Assembly: GCA_043228905.1 (NCBI GenBank)
Contig: JBHGNT010000006.1
Location: forward strand, 21,018,001-21,082,000
Length of the DNA stretch: 64,000 nucleotides
Origin: Azolla caroliniana
Taxonomy: Eukaryota > Plantae > Polypodiophyta
Direction: 5' to 3'
This document shows, one piece after another, positions 10,701 to 22,730 of this stretch (its first letter is position 1; each line of letters begins with the position of its first letter). Made by a program: the position numbers and the translations under genes. The notes beneath the pieces are model-generated. The model did no database searches and was not told the origin of the DNA. It saw nothing but the letters and a program-made list of their open reading frames with translations.

Positions 10701-11462
10701 CTAGTACCCTTCGTGCCCACTCGTCCATATGATTCCGAAGTGAATCCACTTCGCGTTTGGTGAACCACATCTCTGTGCCTTGTCACAAAATATGTATAAG
10801 AACACATCTATACATAATCCACATGAATAAGGCATTGCAATTACACTTACAAAAGTCGGAGATATCCATCCTTGTAAGAACTCCCCCACCAACATTTGGA
10901 TAGTCTTCATGATGTAAAAGCCACAATCCCAACAATTTGGCTGAGTTAGGATGTGTAATACGTAATGTCGACCCTCGGGCACAATGGTGTCATCTGACGG
11001 TTCAGATGAAATTTCCCGAATCGCCAACTCTGCCATTCTCCGCACGTTGTCAGTCGTTGCGTTGTTCAATGGATCGCAGAAAACTACTTTGCTAGTTAGC
11101 TTAGAAACTTTTTGTTGCATCTTCGTCCACAACACCCAATGCCCGTCAAGCACGATTGGAATGAACATAAAATCACATTCAGCCACCTTCCTAAGGATGG
11201 CATGCTCGTTCATCGTTTGTTGGTGTAGCGTCAACCACAGTGGGTCGACGACGGTGAAGCTTTCTGTCACCTCGAGTGGCAACGAATACTCCATCCACAA
11301 CGTGAATAAGGTCATAGTCCACGTCGATGCCATTTCACGACACTTGCACATGGTCTCAAGATCTGACTCGGTAACGTCAAGGGCCAAATCAAGACGTTGG
11401 CAGGTCAGCTGATACCTGAATGCATAGAAATATGTAGTTTGAGTAGGTACATCACACCCCAT
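10701..11462 (-). CDS. Ulp1/peptidase C48 (SUMO protease-like) domain, probable exon ~10851-11415
   Basis: FIPIVLDGHWVL (His), FCDPL (Asp), QPNCWDCGFYIM (Gln/Cys): complete catalytic set. Confidence 0.82.
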   Translation of the reverse strand: MGCDVPTQTTYFYAFRYQLTCQRLDLALDVTESDLETMCKCREMASTWTMTLFTLWMEYSLPLEVTESFTVVDPLWLTLHQQTMNEHAILRKVAECDFMFIPIVLDGHWVLWTKMQQKVSKLTSKVVFCDPLNNATTDNVRRMAELAIREISSEPSDDTIVPEGRHYVLHILTQPNCWDCGFYIMKTIQMLVGEFLQGWISPTFVSVIAMPYSCGLCIDVFLYIFCDKAQRCGSPNAKWIHFGIIWTSGHEGY

Positions 11463-11501
11463 GTCAGTTAGTAGGATACTAGTTTATATTTGACATAAAC
11501 C

Positions 11502-12719
11502 CTACCTGGAAAAGTGTTTATTTGGTGTTTGGATCCATAACCTTATGCCCTTGCCATGTTGAATTTGAACTATGGCCACATCCGGTGCAACGTCATCTGA
11601 ATCTGATGTTAGGGAATAAATATCTGTGTGTGACTCGACCTCCTTCCGTCGGACTAGCATCTTTTGTCGTCTCCGTCTCGGTGGAGTGGACACACCACCC
11701 TCATATGGGTTTAGAGCCTCATCCACATCCGTGGACACACCCTGCGGTTGGGTGGATATCCCCGCCTTTTTACACTGTTTCACCACAATAAGACACATGT
11801 TATTATCTGAATTCTGCCAATAAACCCTCCAACACATATCTGAAATGAAATCCTCGCTCATACTTACATAAGAATCCAAACCAGATGCTATCTTCTTCGT
11901 CAACATTTCCAAACGCTCATCCTTTTTGGAGTCATATATGGCCATCTCTTTGTCCATAAATTGCGCCACGAACTCTGCCTCTGTGTCAAGACGGAGTTCA
12001 GCAGGAATAGAGTTGTACCTCGAAACAGCCCTAACCTTCAACTTCCGGATATATGTTTGCCGATTTTTGTTGTACTTGATTTCGGGGTCCATGAATCTTC
12101 TGAGTGATCTCTGACACTCATAGCTATTAAAGCATGCCCCCGGAATACCCTCCTCCTCTATACGCATCCCTCGTGGTAGGACTATGTCTATTCCATGTTC
12201 CTTGCGTAAATGTGATTCCATGTCACTTTTTTTGCGATACCACCTTGGCGAGAGGCGGCGATACTCAGTATAGATACATGCACATGCCTTGTTCCTATTT
12301 GCATCTCTTCCAACCTTATACGACGAGTCTGGGCGAGGAGCATCTGTTCCTTTTGTATGTGTTACATATTTAAGATTGACATAAAGATTGGCATAAAGAT
12401 TGACATATTGCAACGACACCAAATCCACATACCATTTGGAGGAGCATCTTGGTCAAATGTTGCCATGGCCTGTATGGGCTCGATCTAAGGCGTATGTGTC
12501 TGATCCATTCTGTCCCCACTCGTACACATGTCGGCTGACGAACTTCGCCAATGTCTTCTAACGAAGACCCTTTAACAAATCACGAGTCAACATACATGCA
12601 TCAAACCCTAAACCAGTATTAGGGGAGATTGGTTTGTGACATACCTCTCTTGAGTTGGATATATATATGTCACTGTTGTCGAAATCCCACCAATCTTTGT
12701 ACTTGGACTTGGAAGCCAT
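11502..12719 (-). CDS. MULE-borne uncharacterised spliced ORF with a zinc-finger-like motif
   Basis: 308-aa ORF 11502-12428 containing CAC...Y..KSDMESHLRKEH; candidate upstream exons from ATG at 12719 with GT donors near 12644 and 12432. Confidence 0.45.
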
Positions 12720-13970
12720 CTACCACCATTCAAGTAATCAAACATTTTTTGAATTTAATACTCAAACACACACAATATTAAGTTTAAGCAAGCAAATCAT
12801 TAAACCCTAAACCCTAATCCCTCACTTCCAAATCTCCCCATATGTTATATCCTACTTATCATGTTGCAATAATTAGATTAAGCAGGAATGAGACTCAAAT
12901 CCCAATGTCCTATAAAATGAGTGCTTTTTACATGATTAGGTTTGTCTAAGTTGTAACAATGTTGAATAAAACCCAAAATCCCCCCAAAAATGGCTAGTAT
13001 TTTTCTATAATTTTAGCTATAACCTAAGTTTCTAGCAATGCAAACTGAATCCCAAAAAACAAGCAAAAATCATCATCATAGCCAAAATCAGAACCTTACT
13101 ATGTTGATCAAGAAAAACCCATTTACATTACCCTTGTCTACCATCTCCACACTTCACTAACCTCATTCGCCATATCTTATACACAAAATATCACAAATTG
13201 TGATCTTAATCACACCAACATTTGATATTTGTTGTAATCGATTATTTGTTGCCATGCCTCGACTAATCACGATTCACAACATCCACCCACCCCATCAAGC
13301 AACCCTATTATATATGCAACATGCTATAACATTTACAAAACAGGCTAGAAATGGCAATATGCCACATTCTGCTTTGTGATATGTAATTTCAAATTGAAGT
13401 TGCCTACACTACTATTGCACTTCATAGTAAAATATGCTATACACTACAATTACATTTCATAGGAAAGCATGCTTTGTTAAATAAATATACTTCTAAAGCA
13501 CAAAATAATGAGGGAGCTTAGACAAAATGAAGGCAACATTGCTCCACTCTACGTAATCTGAATAGATCTCAAAGAAGCCATACTTTGTAGTGTCCTTTCA
13601 TCCATGAAACGCAGTCTGCAAGTGAACTTCGTGAAACACCCCAACATGGAAAAAGAGAGATGATTGAATAAACTTTTATTGAGTTGCATCTTTTATTGAG
13701 TTGGTTGGGTGACCAACTCAACCTACTTATCCTTGTAATCCCTCAACAAGAAACAAAATCCCTCAACTATTCCTACCACATGTAAAAAAAACAGAAGAAG
13801 TGATGTGATAGGGTTTAGTACATACCTGGGAATAGTGATGGAGGAGATTGATTGTTGTGTATGTTGATTGTAGGCCGCTTGACACCCAACTCTTTCCCAA
13901 CAAAAGAAACCTGTCAATCTCGTTTGAAAAAATGAGAGATAATGACAGGTTTCAGGCTTTTATAGTCATC

Positions 13971-14306
13971 GGTTGGGCGACCTACATCTTTTATTGGGTT
14001 GGTTGGGTGACCAACTCAATATAAACCCTAAAGCAGTTGGGCAACCTGCTTAAACTGGTCACCCAACCGCTTTAAAAATAAACGGTTGGGCGACCTACAT
14101 CTTTTATTGGGTTGGTTGGGTGACTAACTCAATATAAACCCTAAAGCAGTTGGGCAACCTGCTTAAACTGGTCACTCAACCGCTTTAAAAATAAACGGTT
14201 GGGCGACCTGCATCTTTTATTGAGTTGGTTGGGTGACCAACTCAATATAAGCCCTAAAGTAGTTTGGGCAACCTGCTTAAACTGGTCACCCAACGGTTGG
14301 GCGACC
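13971..14306. repeat. 113-bp subterminal tandem repeat (3 copies) of the MULE
   Basis: Units begin GGTTGGGCGACC at 13971, 14084 and 14197, with a partial unit at 14295. Confidence 0.92.
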
Positions 14307-14658
14307 TCCTCTGCACATCTTTATTTTTCGCGCCTTCTTCATTATCGAAATTTCGACGGTGTAGATTGCACGCGCCTTCTCTGAGCAACCTGCACCGTCT
14401 GTGGCTGCGATTCCCTCACCAGCCCTCTTTATGATTTGTGTCATAATAGACACGTCCGGTCATGTACGTATGATATGTATGTCATGTATGTATGGTATGT
14501 ATGTCATGTATGTATGGTATGTATGTCATGTATGTATGTCTCTCTTCTGATACCATGTCCCCTGTTGCATTCATTCATTGCGCTCTTTCATGCTTCCGCG
14601 CTAGCACTAGCAGGAAGAGGAATCAGAAGAAGCAGAAGAAGAAAGCTAGAAGTTCGTC

Positions 14659-14696
<38 letters not shown>

Positions 14697-14715
14697 GACT
14701 GTCTCCAGCACAGCC

Positions 14716-17700
14716 ATGGCAATGGTAGACCTTGGATCTTTCGCCGACGAGAAGTTTGATCCAAAGGCATGGCTGAACGATGCCTGCAGGTCTCGACACT
14801 CCGAAGATCCCATCGATTCCCACCTCAACGATCTGGACATGAAGCTTCAGCTCATGTCTGAGAACATAGCTTCAGCCCTTGAAGATCAGAGCTCATCATC
14901 TCTCCTCAAAGTTCCCAGAGCTTCTCGAGAGATCATCAGGCTTCGTGACGATGCTTCTTCTCTACGATCCACTGTCTCTAGTATACTGCTAAAACTCAAA
15001 CAGGCATGCCTTCCGCTCTTAATTTTTTTCTTCCTGAATTTCATTGTAGATCTTGGTTAAGCTTAAAAAACACAAACAGGTCTGCATTGCAAAATTGTTA
15101 AAAGCAACTGCAACACAATGTTTATTTTTATCGAATATAAAGATGAATATGTGCTATTGAAGGAGTTATTAAATGAGCTTGATATTGTTCTTGTATGGAT
15201 GCATCTAGTATATGAAAAAAACTCAAACAGTTCTTATCTTTCTCTCTATTTACTTTCGGATTTTATTGCAGATCTAATTTACAGCATGTGATAATTGAAG
15301 GGATTATGGATGCCAATTGACTAATTTGTCAAATATAGGGCTATAAATATATTGTTTCACGGAATGTTGACATCGTACCTGTATGTAATATTTGTTAAAG
15401 CAAGTACTTGATATTGTTCTCGTATTCATGTGAATGTGACATGTGTAACAGGGCGTTCGTTCTTTTCACTTTTCATTGTAGATCTAATTACATAGCTGAA
15501 AATAATAAATTAAGGGATTAAAAGATTCAAGTTTGTTAATGAAAGTGCAAGATATATTCGTCTCCTATGAAAGTACACTGTAAATATGGATCTATGCATC
15601 TCTTTTTTTCTGTATTTTTTCCTTTTGCGCTTATGCAAAATTTGTAACTAGTACATAACAAAGTGTTGTTTGGTTAGAGAATTAGTAAGTAACTAGTGCA
15701 TAACACAGCTTAGTTCAGGCAGAAGGCTCATGTGCAGAATCCGTGGCTGCACTTGCTCGAGTGGATATTGTCAAGCAACGTATGGAATCTGCTCATGGAA
15801 CTCTTCAGGTTTACTGAGATTGTCAACTGTTTCTTTTTCATAAATCATAATGCATTTTTGTAGCCTGAGTCTTAACTGTTTCTTTATATAAATTGTCAAT
15901 TATATTTTAGATTTTTACACATTTATTTGAAGTACAGGATGCTGCTGGTCTTGCTCAGCTCAGTGCAAGTGTAGAGACGGTGTTTGCCAGTGGGGATCTT
16001 GTACGAGCTGCTGAGACCCTTGCTAATATGCGCCGTTGTTTATCTGTCATTGGAGAGGTTAGCTCATGGAATATTCTTAACTATTTTGTGGTGCTTTATA
16101 AATTGTTTTAGCCTAAGGATTGAAAGACTCTAAACAATTCTGCTTGACATGCATATTATTCTTATATTTTTGTACTATGTTTATGTTTCATTTTAGGTTC
16201 CTGAATTTGCAAATGTAAGACGACAGCTAGAAATTTTGGAAGATCGACTTGAAGGGATGGTTCTGCCTCGGCTTTCTGATGCCCTTACTCAAAGAAAGGT
16301 CTTGAGTTTTGATTGTTCGTATTTATGATTTTATTTTCTTGATCATTCTTGTGTCGCAGAAGAGAAACCATTTTTTCTGGATTCTGTATTTTCACCAGTT
16401 CTCACATTATTTGAATGGGTGGTAGGTGGAGACTACACAAAGTTTGCATGACATTCTTGTAACCATTGGGCACTACAGTTCCTTGGAAAGTCAGTATATA
16501 CGTGTGCGACTCAAACCACTTCGCAAAGTATGGGAAGAATATGATTCATGGAAAGGTGGCCTTCCACTAAGCAAACTATCTATCGATGAGAAGCCAGGAG
16601 AGAGGCAGTCTTCCACTTTGACTCTTGGCAGCAATGACTCCCCAATTTCTTTTGCTGAGTGGCTACCACAATTTTATGATGAAGTTCTTCTATCTTTAGA
16701 GCAAGAATGGAAATGGTAAGATTTTCATAGTTTTCAGTAAATGTAAAAGTTTGTCAATCACAATTTTGTGAAGACTGGCTGCTGCAAACTATATATCTAG
16801 GTGCATCTCTCTAAAGCTTTGGTGCATCTATATATGTATATATCTGCAAAAAAGCGAGCTTGATGCTAGGATAACTATTTCTCCATCATCACGTGCTTGA
16901 ACTCTCACAAGGAGGATAACTTTTTAGGAAAGAACTGGAGGGCTGAAAAGCTTCATATAATTTGAAAGCCTCATAATTTTGTGCTCTATGTACACATCAT
17001 ATGGAGAATCCTGCTGTTGTCAAGGTTAGACAAACAAGAAGAATACCCCCTTCCGAATATTAGAAGAAGTCTGTAAGATCCATCCCTATGCAATGCTTGA
17101 GTAAATGATCCATGTAGTCTTGATTGCAAGTAAGATCCCCATAGGTAGCTAATCACTGACTGTTTGTTGGGATAAAGTGCTAAACACTGAACAAATTTGT
17201 AAACATGGCTGTCTCTACTCTTGCATTTCAAATGAAAATGACTTTTAACATTTCTGTTGTTTTATCAAGACACCCCAATGCTAACTATGAAGATGAGGTA
17301 AGAGACATGTATAGGCAGGCAATGTGGTATCAAAATAGAGGTTAATATTTGAGAAGAATAAGCAGATGATCTTAACTGTAAGAGCATCCATGGGCATTCA
17401 AGTGTGAAAGTAACACATTGTATTGATAATCAGACTGTTGTCAACATCACACACACACACACACACACACCTCCCTCCAAATATCAGAAAAAGGTAAGAT
17501 AAAATCATGCATATGTAATGCTTTAGTCCTGCATGTGAAAATCTGCATTGTCACCGAGTGTTTGTTGAGTTGAAGTCCTACCTAAACACTGAACACACAT
17601 GTAAACATGGCTGCCTCTACCATTTATTTTCAAATGAAAATGGCCTGTCACATTCCTATTATTTTACCAAGATAACTCAATGCTATCTGTGAAGGAGATG

Positions 17701-20700
17701 AAAGAGCCATAAAGAGGCAGGCAATGCCATATTAACATCGAGTTAAATATGAGACAAATCAATAGATGATCATGATTGAAAATCATCTGTGTGCACTTGT
17801 GAAACTAAGACATCTTTTTGATATTCTTACTTTTGTCAAGGTCACACACAAGAATAATACCCCCCTGCAAATATTACGAAAAGTTAAGGTCAGATCCATG
17901 CAATGCAATGCTTGAATCAATAACAAATTGGATCTTGATTGCAAGTGATATCCACATGGCTAGCTAATTACTGAGTGTTTGTTGGGTTGAAGTCCTAAAC
18001 ATTGAACACATTTGTGAACTTAGCTGCCTCTACCTTTGTATTTCAAATGAAAATGACTCGTCATATTTCTATTATTTTATCAAGACACCTCAATGCTAGC
18101 TATGAAGGTGAGGAAAGAGCCATGGATAGTCAGGCATTTCCCATCAACATCAAGGTTAATTTGAGGTACCCCATGGCCTGGTCCTCATGAAACCCTCCTT
18201 GAAACTTCAGAGTCAAATGGATATGATTAATTGGAACCAATTTTTAGATGAAGCACTTCTAGGTAGGCAAAAAGACTTCTTTCAGAGCACATAAAAATAA
18301 AATATTATTTCAAATGGAGGTAATTCTAATTCGTATTTTTGTTTTAGGTGCTCTCTTGTGTTCTCTGAAAAATACAAATTATTGGTGCCAAAGTTATTAG
18401 TTGAGGCTATGTCATCAATATCGACATCATTTGTGCTCCGTATTGAATCCTCTTCTCTTGAAATAGGTTAGTGGAAAACTTGACTTATTTTTGGCAATCC
18501 AGAGGTAGCTGTATTGTGATTTATTAAACCAGTTTGTTTGACACAGGACTTACTGGTGATGGTCAGAAAGCTAACAAGATCCAGCACACCCAGTTGGGGC
18601 TGCTTATCACACTTCATAGTATGACGGGTACATTTTCCCGAAATGTTCAGCACCTTTTGAGTGCTGTTGAAGCAGAGGATTTGGTCAACGCCTTAAGGGC
18701 CATATATTCTCCTTATGAAGGATACAAAGAAAGGTTGTTAAATATTATCTTAAAATTATTTCCACATGCAATACAGTATGTTTGTGTGAATATTCTTTTT
18801 ATGGGTATCTCTGTTTGGAAATCTAATCATCTACAAGGTGTCTAAGCATTCTAAAATTAGTAGCCATGAATCTCCTTAGTGGCCTCATCACAGCATAATA
18901 AGTGCAGTAGTGAATGCTTATTTTGTGAGTGCCTTTCTTTGGCCATCTGATTGTCTGCAAGGTTTTTATGTGTTATAGATTTAGTTATTGATACTCTAGT
19001 GTAGCACCAACACAAGCATGTTCTTGCTGGCCCTGTGATAGCATAATAAATGCAGGAATTAATTGTTGAATGTATTGAGTAATCTTGTTACTGACAAGAG
19101 CGGACATTTAATACAATTTCCTGCTGGCAAGAATGCTCTAATAATAAATTCCTTATCTAGTTCATCTATTTTCATTACAGCCTTCCAGTGGGTATGTTAA
19201 AAATCAAATTTGAAGTTTTGTTCACTAGTACATACTATGTATGATATGCATGAATTTCTGCAGGTATGGGGAACTTGAGCTTTCTCTCTTGAAAAATCAA
19301 ATCCTGTCCTTAGATCTTCATGGAGCAGTTTCCCGTGGTGTAGGAGCTCGTGGGGTTGAAGTGAGTGAAACTGTTGGACGCATGAAAGCTTCCATTCCCT
19401 TAGTAGCACTGTCTCTGGAGTCAGCTGTTGAACGATGCATGAATTTGACAGGAGGATCTGAAGCAGAATCACTTCTCCAAACCCTTGATGAAGTGATGAG
19501 GTCTTATTTAGCAAAACTTCAGGATATGTTGAAGTCTTTACGCATTGCTTGTGGTGTTGATCTTGCTGATAATAATAGTTTAGGTAGCAAGAGAGAAGCA
19601 GGTGTAGATGGATCAAAAGTAAAGAAAGAATCCACTGTACTTGATATGGTATCAGATGAAGAAGAGTGGGCCATAGTACAGGGCATTTTACAGGTACTTG
19701 CTGTGGCTGAAAGCTTAAACAATCGCATGGCAGTTTTTGAAGCAACTTTGCGTGCAACTTTAAATAGGTTAGGTAGTTATTTGAACCTCCCAAATGTGCT
19801 TTCTGCTCTGAACCAAGCCACAGCATTTAGCAGTAAGAGCTTTTCTATGAGTGAGCTAATTGTTGGAGGATCTGGAGGAAACACTTCATTTGATACGGCA
19901 ATCTTGCGATTAGTAGATAAACCAGAGAAAGCCCGAAGGTTAAGCAACCTCCTCGAACAGGTTGTGCACATGTAAACCTTCAGTTTAGATGTCTTATTTC
20001 TCTTTTCTTAACTATTTCATGTTTTCAATATATAATAAAGTTCTGTGATTTGCGTGATAAATCAGGCAAAGGATACTGGTTTTCATGCTCTTGCTCATAC
20101 ATCAGCCAGGGTTACATCATTCATTGAAGCAGTTAATGATTTGGTGTACGATGTTCTTATTGCAAAAGTTCGTGCCAGATTGGTCAATGTTTCAGTCATG
20201 CATGTTTGGGGTGCTGAGCAAGAAGAAAATGCATTTGATTTGCCAAGTTTCAGTTCTTATGCTTCACCATATGTTACTAGTATTGGAGAGTATCTTCTTA
20301 CTTTACCACAGCAGCTTGAACCTCTTATGATGGGTGGTGGAAGTGGTCTGCCTACTGATACAGGGGATGCGAACACTGATGAAGATCAGTTATTCGCAAC
20401 AGAGTGGATGTTTAAGGTCTGTGATTTGTATTTGTGATTATTAATTTGACCTCAGCTTTCTTTATTGTTATATAAATAATGATAATATAAGAATATAACA
20501 TACAGGGTATTGGTATTCTGATACCTTTTGGGATTCGTTGCTGGAAACATATCATAACTAGAACTTTTGAACAATTTATGAGTCTTCTGAAAAGAAAACC
20601 TCAATTCAAACAAGTGACTAATTTACTTGAATATGAATAATTAGGAACTTCTTTTCTGTTCAATTCTAAATATTTTCTCACTATTCATTCTTTAGCAAAT

Positions 20701-21155
20701 GGATATAATAAGATGGCCATACTGATCTCTAAGGTCCAATCAAATCTAGGGTTCCTGTCCGGTAGTGTCATTTATAATTGGACCCTAAACTAGGTCGAGG
20801 TGTTTTTACTCTCATTCATTTGATCCTCGTTGTTTGGATTGCTTGCTTATTTTTATGATGCATGTTTTAACTGCAGGTTGCTGAAGGGGCCACATCCTTG
20901 TATATTGACCAATTACGAGGAATCCAATTTTTGAGTGAGAGAGGAGCTCAGCAGCTGAGTGCTGATATCGAATATCTTTGCAAAGTGCTATCTGCTCTAT
21001 CAATGCAAGTTCCACCTGTTTTGGCTACTTACCAAGCTTGTCTCCTGGTGTCCAAACAGAACCTATCAGAGATGATAAAATCAGACTCGGGCAAACATCT
21101 TGACAAGGCTACTGCTAGATTGATTTGCAAAATGCGTAAAGTACCAATTGATTAG
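14716..21155 (+). CDS. COG7: Conserved oligomeric Golgi complex subunit 7
   Basis: MVDLGSFADEKFDPKAWLN, DAAGLAQLS, DEEEWAIVQG, GEYLLTLPQQLEP, QQLSADIEYL. Exons 14716-15003, 15719-15808, 15938-16057, 16197-16298, 16426-16715, 18348-18466, 18547-18733, 19264-19960, 20066-20416, 20877-21155. Confidence 0.93.
17018..18165. repeat. diverged ~400-bp direct repeat, three copies, in COG7 intron 5
   Basis: Blocks CTAAACA(C/T)TGAACA, TTTCAAATGAAAATG and CAGGCA recur at about 17180, 17580 and 17995. Confidence 0.75.
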
Positions 21156-22730
21156 TTGATTTATTTTGATCAATTGCATCAATGTAATCGCCTGCTGTGA
21201 TTGATGGATTACAGCAATGTAAATGCTTGTCATATTCTAGATCATAATTAATTCAGATTTTCTGTTCCAATAAGAAAGATGTGGCTCCTCTATGGATTCA
21301 TAAGGCCTCATAGGGTGAAAATGTCTCATAAGACCTTTTGTAGTGGAAAATTTCTATATTGGACCTCATACATCATTGATCATTTTTTGAGTGCATCTCT
21401 AGCTTAGCATCCATTTGCATAAATGTGAAACAATTCGTTGAGGACATCTCCAATTCAGCTTGTTACTCATTCAAATGTGAAACAGGATAGGGAAATGATT
21501 GATTCCCTATGCAGTCATCCTGGAATCCAAATCCCACTGTGCTTTCATTGTCCTGGCTATAAAGAAAGTACTCTTCTATCTCCTGAGTCGTGAACTCCAT
21601 TCTATAAAGAAAATTAATTCTCCATGAATATGCCCCATCAGCTCGTAAGCTGTTTGCCATACTAAAAATGAAGTGATGAGATTCTCCATGAAGATGCAAA
21701 GTGCCATTGGCCTAGAGTCAGCACAACACTGTGGTTGTCACTGTCAAACTGGTTACATTAATTGATGTGTACCACATGGCATGTGGTAAGAATGATAGCA
21801 TGTCATATTATGGCAAAGAGATGCCATAGAAGCTGAAGATATTCTGTACTTTATGAACCTATTGTGATGATAATATGTAATATTATGGCATAGAGGTGTT
21901 AGCACTAAAGCTATTCCATACAGTATGAAACCCCCAGTGGCCCAGCATGTTCATGGGATATTAATTTCTTTTGTAAAATTAAAAGCAAAACTTTCTTCAT
22001 ATAGCTTAAAATACAACTCCGTCGTGAGACCTTGGACATATTAGCGATTTGCTTATATCATGCCTCATCTTACACGGGTAAAATTTGCCAGAGTTAATCA
22101 ACAAAGAATATGGTAGACTCTAAAAAAATCCACTTTTGCACAGCCCAGGAGTCCTAGGCCAAAGAGCATAGACTTTTTTTCTTTATCTCTGCAGAGAGAA
22201 AAGAGTGTGGGCTTTCTTTCTTTATCAGATTCACCATTGTTATTTCTTTCTTTCTTTATGGGTTGACTTTGCAAAACCTGGTCATTTGAAATATTATTTC
22301 ATATATCCTTCGAAGTCATACAATATTATCAAAGGCTTGTGTTCGAGAAACTATTAAATCAGAGATTTAAATATTTGCATCTCAAAGGCCTGTTGATATA
22401 TAACATCTCTAGATTGCACACCCACAAGGTAGACACGAAGACATAATATTCATAAACCAAGAATTGCAACACATCCAAAAGTTTTCCATGGTTATTCTAG
22501 CTTTTGTTTGATGACACTTGCATCATTAATCTGTCACTTGATTATATTGCCAGATTATTGCATCAAAGACAAGGGATTAGAGGAAATAAACTCTACCAAA
22601 AGCCAAGCTTTACACATAATAGAGATGAGGAATCTAGCCTGAAGGCTTTTCTCTAGCAATAAGGAAGAACCTCTATGACTCGAATGAATGAAAGATTTAC
22701 AAACCCAAACAAGACAACCAACAAAGCAGT

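Larger units (their letters stand above)
1863..14458 (-). mobile_element. Mutator-like DNA transposon (MULE) with long TIRs, carrying transposase, Ulp1-like protease and an extra ORF
   Basis: 1863-~2000 is the diverged reverse complement of ~14320-14458 (CGTGTCTATT...AAATCATAAAGAGGG...GGGAATCGC.GCCACAGACG). Direct repeat GTCATGTA at 1855-1862 and 14459-14466 (TSD). Subterminal GGT(C/T)(G/A)CCCAAC motifs at both ends. MULE transposase inside. Confidence 0.88.

Noticed and set aside
13971-14306. Regularly spaced repeats resembling a CRISPR array
   Set aside because: Units are full tandem copies with no unique spacers, in a eukaryotic transposon end; no cas genes.
21463-21699. 78-aa ORF between COG7 and the BTB gene
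   Set aside because: No recognisable motif or splice context.
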